Assembly: GCA_013239625.1 (NCBI GenBank)
Contig: MU053559.1
Coordinates: 2,896,324-2,960,323, forward strand
DNA from: Lama guanicoe
Lineage: Eukaryota
Direction: 5' to 3'
Length of the DNA stretch: 64,000 nucleotides
How positions within the stretch are numbered: the first letter of the stretch is position 1; each line of letters begins with the position of its first letter. The translations under genes and the position numbers were made by a program. Shown in pieces: positions 14,301 to 25,834 of this stretch. Under the pieces are notes generated by a model, which was not told the origin of the DNA, searched no databases, and saw nothing but the letters and a program-made list of their open reading frames with translations.

Positions 14301-15664
14301 TTGAAACTGTTACTTGATATGTTACAATGACTAAGGGTAGTAGTTGAGATTGAAAGTGGTGCACAGTTACAAATCTGGTACGAAAACAACAAAGGTAACA
14401 CTACTATTCCAAATAAAATTTAGAAATCTGATTATAGAGTTAGCTATTGCACACATAATCTTAATAAGACTATGTTCGTCTCACATGGGATGGTATTATA
14501 TGATTATTTGTCCTAACACTTTAAATAAGCAATCTACTCAATATGTTTCAACTTTGTGTCTAGTCTTACTCTCATTGGGAATACACTTGGGTGTAGATAA
14601 TATAAACACAGTTCTGTTTCAATTGCAATTATATTTTTTATGCTTATTCTAATATGGCTTCTGGGATAGGGGATATCAAGACATTTGCATTTTTCAGTAA
14701 ACATTTTTAAAAAAAAGCAATTGAATGCATCTTTCTTAATGTCTACCAGAGAAGTCTTGAAAACCAAAGTAAACACAAGTTTGATCACAATACAGACACA
14801 TGGAACATCTTAAAAATAACACAGATCAGAGAAATATGCTTCAACAGTCAGTGTTGAAAAAATTTTTATTCTCTAAATGATCTCATGTACATCAGGGAAC
14901 CGTTCAATGATGATAAGCAATTATTACAAGGAATAACAATGAATTGTAATAACAAGGAAGCATCTCTGTGGACTCAGGCTATCCGCAGCCCATGTCGCAC
15001 ATCATTAGGACATCCCTGATGCATTTCTCTGTGGCTTCTTTTCTCTGACCACATCAAAGCCTGAAGCAGAATTTAGTGATTTAAAAAGATAGACACAGTC
15101 AATGTATTGATCCCTGAAATCGGCTGCCTGCAAAACTGTGGCTGCTTCTTGTTTCTGGGAACCCTTTTTAACAACTCTGTCTCAATTTCTGCTTGGCTCA
15201 AATTGCATTTCAATAGGCTCTGACTTTGTTGGAATGGCGAGTAGGAAAACTGCCACCTTGGATAATGAGATTGGCATCTTAAGCTTGTCTGTGTTTCAGG
15301 GCAACCTATCAGTATCATTTAAAAATAGCTTATCGCCTCCACATACAGAGATGACGATATACAGAGTCCTTGAACTAGAATCTGTTTTCACTTTTACAAG
15401 ACTGTTGGTCCCCTTTTTCCTTCTTAAATATGGTAAATGTTAAATGCCAAACAGTCACAACCCTCTGAAGGGATGATCCTAGAAGCAAGTAAGGAATTCA
15501 CAAAATATTGAGCCCCCTGTTAGCTGGTCTGTAGGAATGCAATAATTGCTTTGTTTTGGAGTTTTCTGAACAAATAATAATAATGTTATCAGAATTTATG
15601 TGTTAATATTCCCAGGGTAAACAAATCTCTATTTTTAACTTAGTTATTACCCTTAAAATGGATC

Positions 15665-16031
15665 CCCATTTCCTCACTGGCTGTCAGTCTGGGGCTAGTC
15701 TTTTCTACAAAGGCTGCCCACATTCCTTCTCGTGCTTTCCATGTGACCCCCTACAGCAATGAGAGGTCAAGTCCTTCTCAAGCTTCAACTCTCTCTGGCT
15801 TTTCCTTTTGACATGTCTCTACTCTGCTTTGAGCCAAAGAAAGTTCTCTGCTTTCAAGGACTCATGGGATCAGATTGAACCCAGGTGGATAATCCGAGAT
15901 AATCACCTTATATTAAGGTCTAGAACCTTAATCACATCTGCAAAGTCCCTTTGGTCATGTAGTATAACATATTTACAGGTACCAATGGTTAGGGTGGGAG
16001 ATCTTTGGGAAGCCATTAACCCACCTACCAC
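15665..16031 (-). mobile_element. MLT1 (MaLR) LTR fragment
   Basis: Typical antisense MLT1 text (ttaatcacatctgcaaagtccc...cctaccaca); similar to 60.4-61.26 kb. Confidence 0.8.
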
Positions 16032-17778
16032 AGGCCAGGGAAAAAAATTGACCATATGGAAGGTTTATCATGAAATTGAGATTTTCAAACACATATCAGC
16101 AGCTTTCTTGACTTAGTGCATAGCATCTGCTATAAAGCATGGTACCTTCATATGTGATCGATTTTTCCTGTTTAGCAGGTGGCTATAGGAATCAGAAGTC
16201 TTTGAAACTAACAACAGATAAGCCCAGATATTATTCTAAAATGAATCAGTTAATCATGGACTTAGGGGTGAAGATTGAGATGAATTTGTAGAGCTTCAGC
16301 TGCAGAGCTTGACCCAGACCCCGACAGAGAGGCAAACCTTCTGGGAAAGATCTGTGTGCCATCTTGGGTCCCTTCCTGACCTCTTTAAGAACAAAACAGC
16401 AATAGAAAATCCCCTGTGGACGTAGGGAGATATGACAAGAAGATTTTAAACGAGACTAGATATTCTCCTGTTAATACAAACATTACTTTTATTTACCAGT
16501 TACTGGATAAAATGTTTTAAAATCCAATAAAATATTAATAACTACAAACGCTCATAATCATTTTAATTTGGGTGAATATAATAACAGCCAGTCCCCACTG
16601 GCTGCAGTGTCTTCATAAATAAGGTCACAGGAGGATCTGCACTTGAAGAGAAGAAAAATTCGAGATTTTTTTTGTTTTGTTATAGTGTTGATTTTTCAGA
16701 AACATTCAAGATTTTTTGTTTTGTTTTGTTATATATTGTTTATTTTTTTTCCTGGAAAGGACAAATAGAGGAAAGATACATTAAAAATTAACTCTCCCTC
16801 CCCAGAAGGAAAAAAAATTAGCTCTTTGTAATTAAAACATCTCTAATTTTGATATAGGCTAAATTAAAGCCTGTTAGACCGTTTAACAGTGTAAAGTTAT
16901 TCGGGCGGAGGTGGGGGGGGTTGAGCAGAAAACGCAGCATTCATGACATATTGATAAGCAGGAATAGAAGATTACAAAGTAGCATGCATATTAGAGTCTT
17001 TACTGTATATATAAATTTATACATTATAAATATCTATATAAAAGACTATGAAAGCACACACCAAAATGGCAACAGTGGTTATCTCTGGGTGGTAAGATTA
17101 CAGATATTTAAAATTTTCTTCTTTGTGTTGTAAGTTTTCACATTTTCCTCCACTGAGCATGTTATTACTCCCAGAATTAGACAGAACTGTGTACAAATCA
17201 AATGACAAAAAAGAAAATCAAACTCAAGATGGAAAGAGTGAGTGGGAACCATTCAAGAATGTCATGTTCCATGCTCTCAAATATATTTATCTGCAGTGTA
17301 ACAGGTATTTTTTCTCACTTTTGGCTGCCAAGCATCTTTTGAAATCCTTCCTATACTTCGGAATATCCAGTCTCATGACTCTCTCACTCCTCCGAGGTAG
17401 AAGACAATGGCTCATTTTCCCAGCTTGCCTTGTATCTAAGGCACAAAACTTGGATCAAGACTCTTTGTGACCAGACAAAGCAATAGAAGTGAAAGTTCTG
17501 TTCAGAAGCCAGTGACATTAGGAGGCAAACACCACACGGAATCCATGGCCAAGTGGCATTCATTCTTCCGAGGCAGAGGTGGCTGAAATCCTAGTGGGAA
17601 CCTCCCAGACCTCGTGGTGGTGGCTGTAGATTCTCCACAGGAGCAGTCCTGAGATGTGGTTTGGGCCTTGTCTGGGCTGGGGAGCCTCTATGCCAGATTC
17701 TCCTTAATATCTTATTATAAATTCCACTGCTGCTCAAAATCCCTAGAATGAGTTTTGTTTCCAACTAAGAACCTTGAT

Positions 17779-18158
17779 TGTTATGGACTGAATTGTGTCC
17801 CTTCTCCCCAAACCATAGGTTGAAGCCCTAATCCCTAGTACCTCAGAATATGACTGTATTTGGAGATAAGGCCTTTAAAGAGGTAATTAACATGAGGCCC
17901 TTAGGATGGGACCTAATCCAATGTGACTGGTGTCCTTATTAGATGAGGAAGAGACACCAGGGGCACACACACAGAGGAAAGATCACTTGAAGACACAGAA
18001 GGTAGCAGTCTGCAAGCCAAAGAAAGAAACCTCAGAGGAAACCAGCCCTGTGGACACCTTGATTTTGGACTTCTAGCCTCCAGAACTGTAAAAAAAGATT
18101 TCTCTTCTTTAAGCCACCCAGTCCGTGGTATTCTGGTACGGCAGGTTTAGCAAATACC
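17779..18158 (+). mobile_element. MLT1A/B-like MaLR solo LTR
   Basis: Starts tgttatggactgaattgtgtccc and ends ...ttaagccacccagtccgtggtattc...agcaaatac. Confidence 0.85.
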
Positions 18159-18596
18159 CTGACAATACAAGGACCTATTTGTAAAAGAAAAAGCTCAAAC
18201 CTATGCTTTAGTTCATGCATTCATATTGGGCAAAAGTGGGGGCCACAGGGAATGAAGATGGAGAAGATCGAGAAAGACCACAGGCAGGCCGGAAGGCGGA
18301 AGCTCAGAAACCTGATAGCAGTTAAGACACATACAGAGACTCACAGGTCACAAAGCAAAGGAGGGGGCAAGGGACAGAAGGCAAGATTCATATCCAAAGG
18401 TCAGCATAATAGTCCACAATGAAGTCAGGAACAAGAGTGACTGGAGGTCAAGAATGGGCAAGTGATGAAAGACACTAGCTCCAAAGAAAACAGATTAGAA
18501 GACAGACTTATTTTCCTTTGGTTTTGAATAACACGTCTTTGTTTTCACTTGGTTATAAAAGAATTCTATGCTCATTGTAGAACATTTAGAAATACA

Positions 18597-18745
18597 GGGA
18601 GAAGGGTATAGCTCAGTGGTAGAGCACACGCTTAGCATGCATGAGGTCCTGGGTTCAATCCCCAGTACCTCCATTAAACAAACAAACAAATAAACCTAAT
18701 CACCCCCCGCTTCCCTCCCCCCCACAAATCCCCGCATATTCCTGG
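18597..18745 (+). mobile_element. tRNA-Ala-derived SINE (Vic-1-like), long form
   Basis: A and B boxes; GAAATACAG repeated at 18589 and 18746. Confidence 0.9.
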
Positions 18746-19864
18746 GAAATACAGAAAAAAGTTAAATTTACACACACACATACATAAAGCTAACCAACAA
18801 GCTTCAACCCTGGAGACATGCACTGGTCAAATTTGGGTGCATTTCCTTCTGGTTACTGTTCTATGTATACATAACACATTTAAAAAAAATTCTGCATGTA
18901 CTGTGTAATCCGTTTCTACTGTGCATCTATTTATTTCACTTTACCATGTAGCAGGAGCACTTCCCATGTCAAGAATCTTCTTATACGAGCCTCAGTGGGT
19001 TGGTCTGGCCAGGGCCAGCAAATAGAAGGGAAATATAGCTCACCAAATTTGGAGGGATACTTGAACCTGAAAATAAGAGCAGGTCCTAAAAACAAAATAG
19101 ATTCGTATCACGCCATTTAAGGAGGTCTTCCATGATCCTGTCATTTTTTCACTGTTGGCATTTGAAAAAAAAAAAAGTCTCAAGTTTCAGAAATCCATAA
19201 TCCAGATACTTCTTTTAAAAAATCATCTTAGTGAGATTGTGTTATAGTTTATTGAGTTTAGAAATTCACCATGGACTCTGCCTCCAGTCTTCTCAAGTTT
19301 TTTTGTTAAAGCAGTCTGCACTTGTCAAAAAATTACTCGAAATAGCTTGTAAACCACTTGAATCTGCCCCCTTTATGTAGTGAAATTGGTCAGTTTCCCA
19401 ACAATAAAGAAGAGGGAAAATATGGATTGGCAGTAACCAACACCGCCCTGAGAACAACGTTGGTTTTCTAAATCTGGGACTTTTCGAAGGAGACATAAAT
19501 AGTTGCAGCCTTGTATAACTGTTAACTAAGGTTTTCAAACCTTGGGAAAAAAGAGCATTCTTTTGTTTCTGTTTTGAGCTCAGGGCTGTAATTTCTCATC
19601 CTGCTGGGCCGATCAGGGTCATTGGTGACTTTTTCACTAACCAGATCTCGATTTGTAGCCCCAAATGAACACTTTAAATCATACCCAGAAGCAAATTGGA
19701 TGCTCTTGTCTTCTGGTAAGGCTGGACATTTTGTGAGATGATTATAACTTTCTGCATTTGGATTTGAACTTGGCCCCTCACTTCTGTGGTTGCCCTCTGG
19801 TGAGAGCCTTTTAGATTTCCACTTCAGACAAAGCAAGGAAATCACTGGTCTCAGGTGTGTGTGT

Positions 19865-21160
19865 GTGTGTTTAATTGGGGGAAATATATGTAATATAAAA
19901 TGTATCATTTTAACCATTTCTTAAATATACAGTTCTATGGCTTTACGTATATTCACATTGCTGTGCAAACATCACCGTTATCCATCCCCAGAACTTTTTC
20001 ATCTGCTCCAATACCTGTTAAACACCATTCCCTGTCCCCTCTGCCTTTGGCAACCACTATTCTATTTTCTGTCTCTCTAACTTGACCACTCTAGGTATCT
20101 CATATAAGTTGAAGCATACAATAGTTGTCCTTTTGTGACTGTCTTATTTCACTTAGTGTAGTGTCTTTAAGGTCTGCAGATGTTGTAATGTGTCAGAATT
20201 TCACTCGTTTTAGGGCTGAAGAATATTCCACTGTACATGTATACCACATTTGGTTTATCTATTCATCTGTTGATAGACACCTGGGTTGCTTCTACCTGTT
20301 TGTTATTGTGAATAATGCTGCTATAAACATGGGTGTACAAATCTCTCTGCCAGTCCCTGCTTTCAGTTCTCTTGGGTATATCCCCAGAAGTGGAATTGCT
20401 ACCTCATATGGTAATTCTATGTTCAATTTTTTTGAGGAGCCACCATATCATTTTTCACAATGATTGTGATACAGGGGAAAGGAGTACACAGAGGCTGTAT
20501 CCCAGGTATCAGATGGGTCTCTGAGAAGTGCCCTGCCAAGTGAGAGTCTTTGGCTTTGCACAGGAAAGAATTCAAGTGCGAGCCATAGTAGAGTAAAAGC
20601 AGATTTATTTAGAGAGATGTACATGCTGTAGACAGAGTGCAGGCCATCTGGGAAAGCAAGAGAAAGGCCAAGAGGTGCAGGGTTGGGTGTTTAGTTTAAA
20701 GTAAAAGTAGATACACACTTCAAAGACTAGAGCGTGGGCAGTCTTGGAAGGCAAAGGAGCAAGAGAGGCCCCAAGGCATGGTGTTGCTAGTTTTTATATG
20801 CTAACAAATGAGAGGATTATTCCAACTACTTTCAGGAAGGGGCCAATTCCCAAGAACTGGGCCACTACCCTTTCTGACCTTTTATAGTTAGCCTCAGGTG
20901 TCATGGTGCCTGTGGGTGTGTCATTTATCATTTATCATGCTAATACATTACAATGAGCATATAAAGAAGCTCTAGGTCTGCTGGAAGTCAAATCTCCCAC
21001 CTTCTTGGGCCTCAGGGTCTACTGGGAGTTGAATCTTCTGCCATCTTGGTGCTAATTGCTATGTCATTCCTTCAAAGGCTGTCCCCTGTCGCCTTCCTTC
21101 CTATCTCAGTTGCACTATTCTGCATTCCCACTAGCAGCACACAAGGGTTGCAGTTTCTCC
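19865..21160 (-). mobile_element. Old L1 3' end (antisense), split by the LTR at 20467-21107
   Basis: L1 antisense text breaks at ...cacaatgattg and resumes at gttgcactattctgcattcccactagcag. Confidence 0.8.
20467..21107 (-). mobile_element. ERV1 solo LTR (MER41-like)
   Basis: TG...CA termini, near 4-bp TSD attg/gttg, and the MER41-like motif aggaaagaattcaagtgcgagcc...aaagcagatttattt. Confidence 0.75.
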
Positions 21161-21235
21161 AGATGTGTCTTCAAGTACCCACATTCACATCACTAAATCA
21201 TCTTTTTTTTATCAGTCCAAAAAGCTTTTTAAAAA

Positions 21236-23011
21236 GTGGTTCCAATCAGGCAAGAGAAAGAAATAAAAGGGATCCAAATTGGAAAAGAAGAGGTAAAAGT
21301 GTCATTATATGCTGACGACATGTTACTATATATAGAAAACCCTAAAAGGTCCACAAAAAAGCTACTAGAGCTGATCGAAGAATTCAGCAAGGTAGCAGGT
21401 TACAAAATTAATGTTCAAAAATCAGTTGCCTTTCTTTACACTAACGATAAATCAACAGAAAAAGAAAGTAAAGAAACAATCCCCTTTAAAATAGCACCCA
21501 AAGTAATAAAATATCTGGGAATAAATCTAACCAAGGAGGCGAAAGAATTATACACAGAAAACTATAAACCATTGATGAAGGAAATTAAAGAAGACTTTAA
21601 AAAATGGAAAGATATTCCATGCTCTTGGATTGGAAGAATCAATATTGTTAAAATGGTCACACTGCCCAAGGCAATCTACAGATTTAATGCAATCCCTATC
21701 CAATTACCCAGGACATATTTCACAGAACTAGAACAAATCATAATAAAATTTATATGGAACCATCAAAGACCTAGAATTGCTAAAGCATTACTGAAGAGAA
21801 AGAAAGAGGCTGGAGGAATAACTCTCCCAGACTTCAGACAATACTATAGAGCTACAGTCATCAAGACAGCATGGTATTGGTACCAAAACAGACATATAGA
21901 CCAATGGAACAGAATAGAGAGCCCAGAAATGAACCCACAAACTTTTGGTCAACTCATCTTCGACAAAGGAGGCAAGAATATACAATGGAATAAAGACAGT
22001 CTCTTCAGCAAATGGTGTTGGGAAAACTGGACAGCAGCATGTAAAACAATGAAGCTAGAACACACCCTTACACCATATACAAAAATCAACTCAAAATGGA
22101 TTAAAGACTTAAACATAAGACAAGATACAATAAACCTCCTAGAGGAAAACATAGGCAAAACATTATCTGACATACATTTCAAAAATTTTCTCCTAGAAGA
22201 AATAAAAGCAAGAATAAACAAATGGGACCTAATGAAACTTACAAGCTTCTGCAGAGCAAAGGAAACCAGAAATAAAACAAGAAGAAAACCTACGGAATGG
22301 GAGAAAATTTTTGCAAGTGAAACCGACAAAGGCTTGATCTCCAAAATATATAAGCAGCTCATACGACTCAATAAGAAAAAAATAAACAACCCAATCCAAA
22401 AATGGGCAGAAGACCTAAACAAGCAATTCTCCAAGGAAGACATACAAATGATCAAAAAGCACATGAAAAAATGTTCAATATCACTAATTATCAGAGAAAT
22501 GCAAATCAAAACTACAATGAGGTATCACCTCACACCAGTCAGAATGGCCGTCATTCAAAAATCCAAAAATGACAAATGCTGGAGAGGCTGTGGAGAAAGG
22601 GGAACCCTCCTACACTGCTGGTGGGAATGCAGTTTGGTGCAGCCACTATGGAAAACAGTGTGGAGATTCCTCAAAAGACTAGGAATAGACTTACCATATG
22701 ACCCAGGAATCCCACTCCTGGGCTTGTATCCAGAAGGAAATCTACTTCAGGATGACACCTGCACCCCAATGTTCATAGCAGCACTATTTACAATAGCCAA
22801 AACATGGAAACAGCCTAAATGTCCATCAACAGGTGACTGGATAAAGAAGAGGTGGTATATTTATACAATGGAATACTACTCAGCCATAAAAACCGACAAC
22901 ATAATGCCATTTGCAGCAACATGGATGCTCCTAGAGAATGTCATTCTAAGTGAAGTAAGCCAGAAAGAGAAAGAAAAATACCATATGAGATCGCTCATAT
23001 GTGGAATCTAA
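21236..23011 (+). CDS. L1 ORF2p C-terminal remnant (end of RT domain + Cys-rich domain); 5'-truncated, no authentic start codon
   Basis: 591-codon open frame with the RT motif YADD ([10 protein letters not shown]) and [18 protein letters not shown]. Confidence 0.9.
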   Translation: MVPIRQEKEIKGIQIGKEEVKVSLYADDMLLYIENPKRSTKKLLELIEEFSKVAGYKINVQKSVAFLYTNDKSTEKESKETIPFKIAPKVIKYLGINLTKEAKELYTENYKPLMKEIKEDFKKWKDIPCSWIGRINIVKMVTLPKAIYRFNAIPIQLPRTYFTELEQIIIKFIWNHQRPRIAKALLKRKKEAGGITLPDFRQYYRATVIKTAWYWYQNRHIDQWNRIESPEMNPQTFGQLIFDKGGKNIQWNKDSLFSKWCWENWTAACKTMKLEHTLTPYTKINSKWIKDLNIRQDTINLLEENIGKTLSDIHFKNFLLEEIKARINKWDLMKLTSFCRAKETRNKTRRKPTEWEKIFASETDKGLISKIYKQLIRLNKKKINNPIQKWAEDLNKQFSKEDIQMIKKHMKKCSISLIIREMQIKTTMRYHLTPVRMAVIQKSKNDKCWRGCGERGTLLHCWWECSLVQPLWKTVWRFLKRLGIDLPYDPGIPLLGLYPEGNLLQDDTCTPMFIAALFTIAKTWKQPKCPSTGDWIKKRWYIYTMEYYSAIKTDNIMPFAATWMLLENVILSEVSQKEKEKYHMRSLICGI

Positions 23012-23422
23012 AAAACAAAAACAAACAAACAAACAAAAACAAAGCATAAATACAGGACAGAAATAGACTCATGGACAGAGAATACAGACTTGTGGTTACC
23101 AGGGGGGTAGAGGGTGGGAAGGGATAGACTGGGATTTCAAAATTGTAGAATAGATAAACAAGATTACACTGTATAGCACAGGGAAATATACACAAAATGT
23201 TATGATAAATCACAGAGAAAAAAATGTGACAATGAGTGTGTATATGTCCATGAATGAGTGAAAAATTGTGCTGAACACTGGAATTTGACACAACACTGTA
23301 AAATGATTATGAATCAATAAAAAATGTAAAAAAAATCACACTGTATATCTGAAATGTGTGTAGTTTACTATACAGGAATCATAGTATAATAAAGTTGTTA
23401 TACAAAAAAATTAAAAAAAAAA
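21244..23422 (+). mobile_element. Young 5'-truncated L1 with 3' transduction
   Basis: Uninterrupted ORF2 remnant, 3' UTR, two AATAAA/A-tail sets (23316 and 23388). Imperfect TSD AAAAAGTGGTTCC (21231-21243) / AAAAACGTGGTTCC (23418-23431) at a TT/AAAA endonuclease site. Confidence 0.95.
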
Positions 23423-23890
23423 CGTGGTTCCTAGTGCGCAACCGCAAAATGACGGCTGCCGCGGTCCCGCTGCTGCGCCTGCGCCTGCGCCTGCGCCTGC
23501 GCCTCCCGTTGGGCGCGCTGCTGTTCCTTTTGCAGTTCTACATCCTCTCCGGAGGTGGTGGTGAGTAAGAGGCCGAGGTCCTCGAGGGGCTGGGCTGGGC
23601 TGGTGGGTGGTGGGCGTCGCTTTGTTCCTCATCGCCCTAGACCTTAGTCGGTGTCGCCCTGGTGTCGCCCTGTGGGTGTCGGTCTGGGTTTTCCCTGTGG
23701 GCAGGCCGACAGGCGTCCCCCAGCAGCTGCCGGCCTCGTGCGTTGACCACATGGGCCGAGCCGTTTGTGTCCCCGAGAGCGTGTCTCTCCGCCTTGGATG
23801 TGGGGCGCCGGCAGCCGCCAGTCGGCGGGGAAGGCCCCGGGCGATTCCGGCTTTCATGGTGGTTCGCAGGGCGGCAGGTACTGCGCGCCT
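23423..23890. promoter_or_regulatory. CpG-island-like segment
   Basis: Abrupt GC- and CpG-rich block of ~470 bp in an AT-rich, CpG-poor background. Confidence 0.75.
23449..23877 (+). pseudogene. TM2D3: Partial unspliced copy of the TM2D3 5' end (exon 1 23449-23560, intron 1, degenerate exon 2 ending at 23877)
   Basis: MTAAAVPLLRL...LGALLFLLQFYILSGGG matches the recalled TM2D3 signal peptide (MAGGVLPLRGLRALCRVLLFLSQFCILSGG); phase-1 donor G|gtgagt. Downstream FMVVRRAA|gtactg matches the recalled exon-2 end FTVVPRAA. No later exons seen in the window. Confidence 0.78.
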
Positions 23891-24625
23891 TCTGTTCCAC
23901 TTAGAGCCCCCTCTCCTTTTCCATAGCGCTTCTTTTAGAATATGACATCACTTTCCATTTCCTGAACGTCTCATTTATTGTATTTTAGATTATGTGAACG
24001 GAGGGCAAAGACAGGCATTTTCTGTAGGCAGTCCTGGCGTTTCAGTACATTTTGACTTTACTACCTCATCTCTTTCTCCAGTCCCTCATCTCCATCTCTT
24101 TATTCCTAGTATTGTTTTCACTTCATCCATCCAGGTAACCTTCAACTAATGCTTCTTTCCCTTCAGAAAAGTTCTTGTACTTCCTGAACCCTGTTCCAGA
24201 TGGTAAAGGCTCCCCCATGGCCAGGTGAAGTGGGAGGATCACGGAGGGACTGACAGAGACTTGACTCTAGGTCTGGTGGCGCTGCTTGGAGCTTGAGCAA
24301 GTTACTCGCCTTTTGGGGCTTTGGTTTTCTCATCTTTGAGGTGTTGGAGGTAGCCTGGCTCTCTGAAGTCATTTTGGATTTTTGATTCTAAGTATCCATC
24401 CTCCAGCCACAATAGTAGTAGGAATAAAAGAAAAGTGGTATTTTGTGGATTTGCCCACTTAATAGTGACTTCAAGTCGGACCATTTCTAAATGAACAGTA
24501 ATGTGTTTGCTAAATGGAACCTTTGTCTCTACAGTTTCATCCCTTTAGCGTTCCATTATTTCAATGAATTGAAACTGGCGGAGGTATTTTACTGATTCTG
24601 ATTTGGGTATAAAAGACTACTAGGA

Positions 24626-24791
24626 GGGGAGACGGTATAGCTCAGTGGTAGAGCGAGTGCTTAGCATTCACGAGGTCCTGGGTTCAATCCCCAGAACCTC
24701 CATTAAAAATAAATAAATAAATAAACAAACAAACAAACAAACCCAGTTACCCCACCCCCCAAAATAAATAAAAAATAAAAAATAATAATTA
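24626..24791 (+). mobile_element. tRNA-Ala-derived SINE (Vic-1-like), long form
   Basis: A and B boxes; perfect 15-bp TSD AAAAGACTACTAGGA at 24611-24625 and 24792-24806. Confidence 0.92.
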
Positions 24792-24859
24792 AAAAGACTA
24801 CTAGGAAACAGCAGTATACTTGAGTTTAAAACGTAGATTATTTTTTAGAAAAAAAAAAA

Positions 24860-25048
24860 GTGGCTCCCAAACTCTAGTGTAGACAAAAATAACCCAAGGG
24901 GTGTGTTAAAATGCTGATTATTGGCCCCATCCCAGACATTCTTATTCAGTAGGTCTTCAGTGGGGCTCCAGAATCTGCATTTTCACACAAGTTGTCCCAG
25001 ATAATTCTGATGCAGGTGGGTCTATGGACTGCGCTTTGAGAAAAACTG
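24860..25048. mobile_element. MER5-like hAT-Charlie MITE
   Basis: Contains ttaaaatgctgatt...attcagtaggtct...agaatctgcattt...gattctgatgcaggtg...tttgagaaaaactg. Confidence 0.8.
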
Positions 25049-25834
25049 AGGTAAAAGGTCTAAACTCAAAAGCGACTCCTTCAGGAGCCAAAGCTTAAAT
25101 TTTTGATTCTTTGTGAATTCAGCCCACTTGGAGCTGTCAGTGAATTTTCAGTCTGGGCTTGAGTGACTGTGTGCAGCCAATGTTGGAAACATTGATTACA
25201 AGACTTCAGGCAAGAATGTCTTGTAGAAGTGATTTCCTGACTTTTTCAGCTGTCTACATTTTAATCATTGTTTCCATTTTCTTTTTTTTATTTCCCAAAT
25301 TTCCAACATTAAACATGCATTACTTTTATTATTAGAAAAACAATTTTCAAATCATTGAACCAAACAAAAATCCTTTAAAGTTTCAAAAATGTCCTCTGTG
25401 AAGTTTTTTCAGCTCCTACTTCCCTTCCCCCAAGACATATCAATTTCTCCGAGTCCATGCCTTCCTGACACTTAGTTTATAACTCTGCTTGACTCCATCT
25501 CTCACTGAATGACAGCAGTTGCACTTAATAGAAACTTCAGACAGGAGGCTGGTTTGTCTCGTCAACGGGGCCTCACGGGTGATGGGATTCACTCTGGAGG
25601 CCAGGACACTGGAGTTTAGCACTGAACCCAGAGACAATTAGATTCAGAGGACTGAGTACTGGCTTACTGGAGAGCCAAATACCAATTTATTAGATTACAG
25701 TAAGGACTAGAACATCAAGTAAACAGAACTTATGTGAGTTGGTCTGCACATCTGTTTCCTTGTGGAAATGTCTTCCTAGGAAGCCAACTGACTATTGGGG
25801 GAGGGCTGGAATCAGACCACAAGAAGTCAGATGC

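Noticed and set aside
21788..22509. Minus-strand ORFs of 65 and 186 aa
   Set aside because: Antisense frames of L1 ORF2.
23411..23945. Several overlapping ORFs (148, 112, 87 and 80 aa), including GAGAGA repeats
   Set aside because: These are by-products of GC-rich sequence and the antisense of the hexamer repeat; only the TM2D3-like exon frames are supported.
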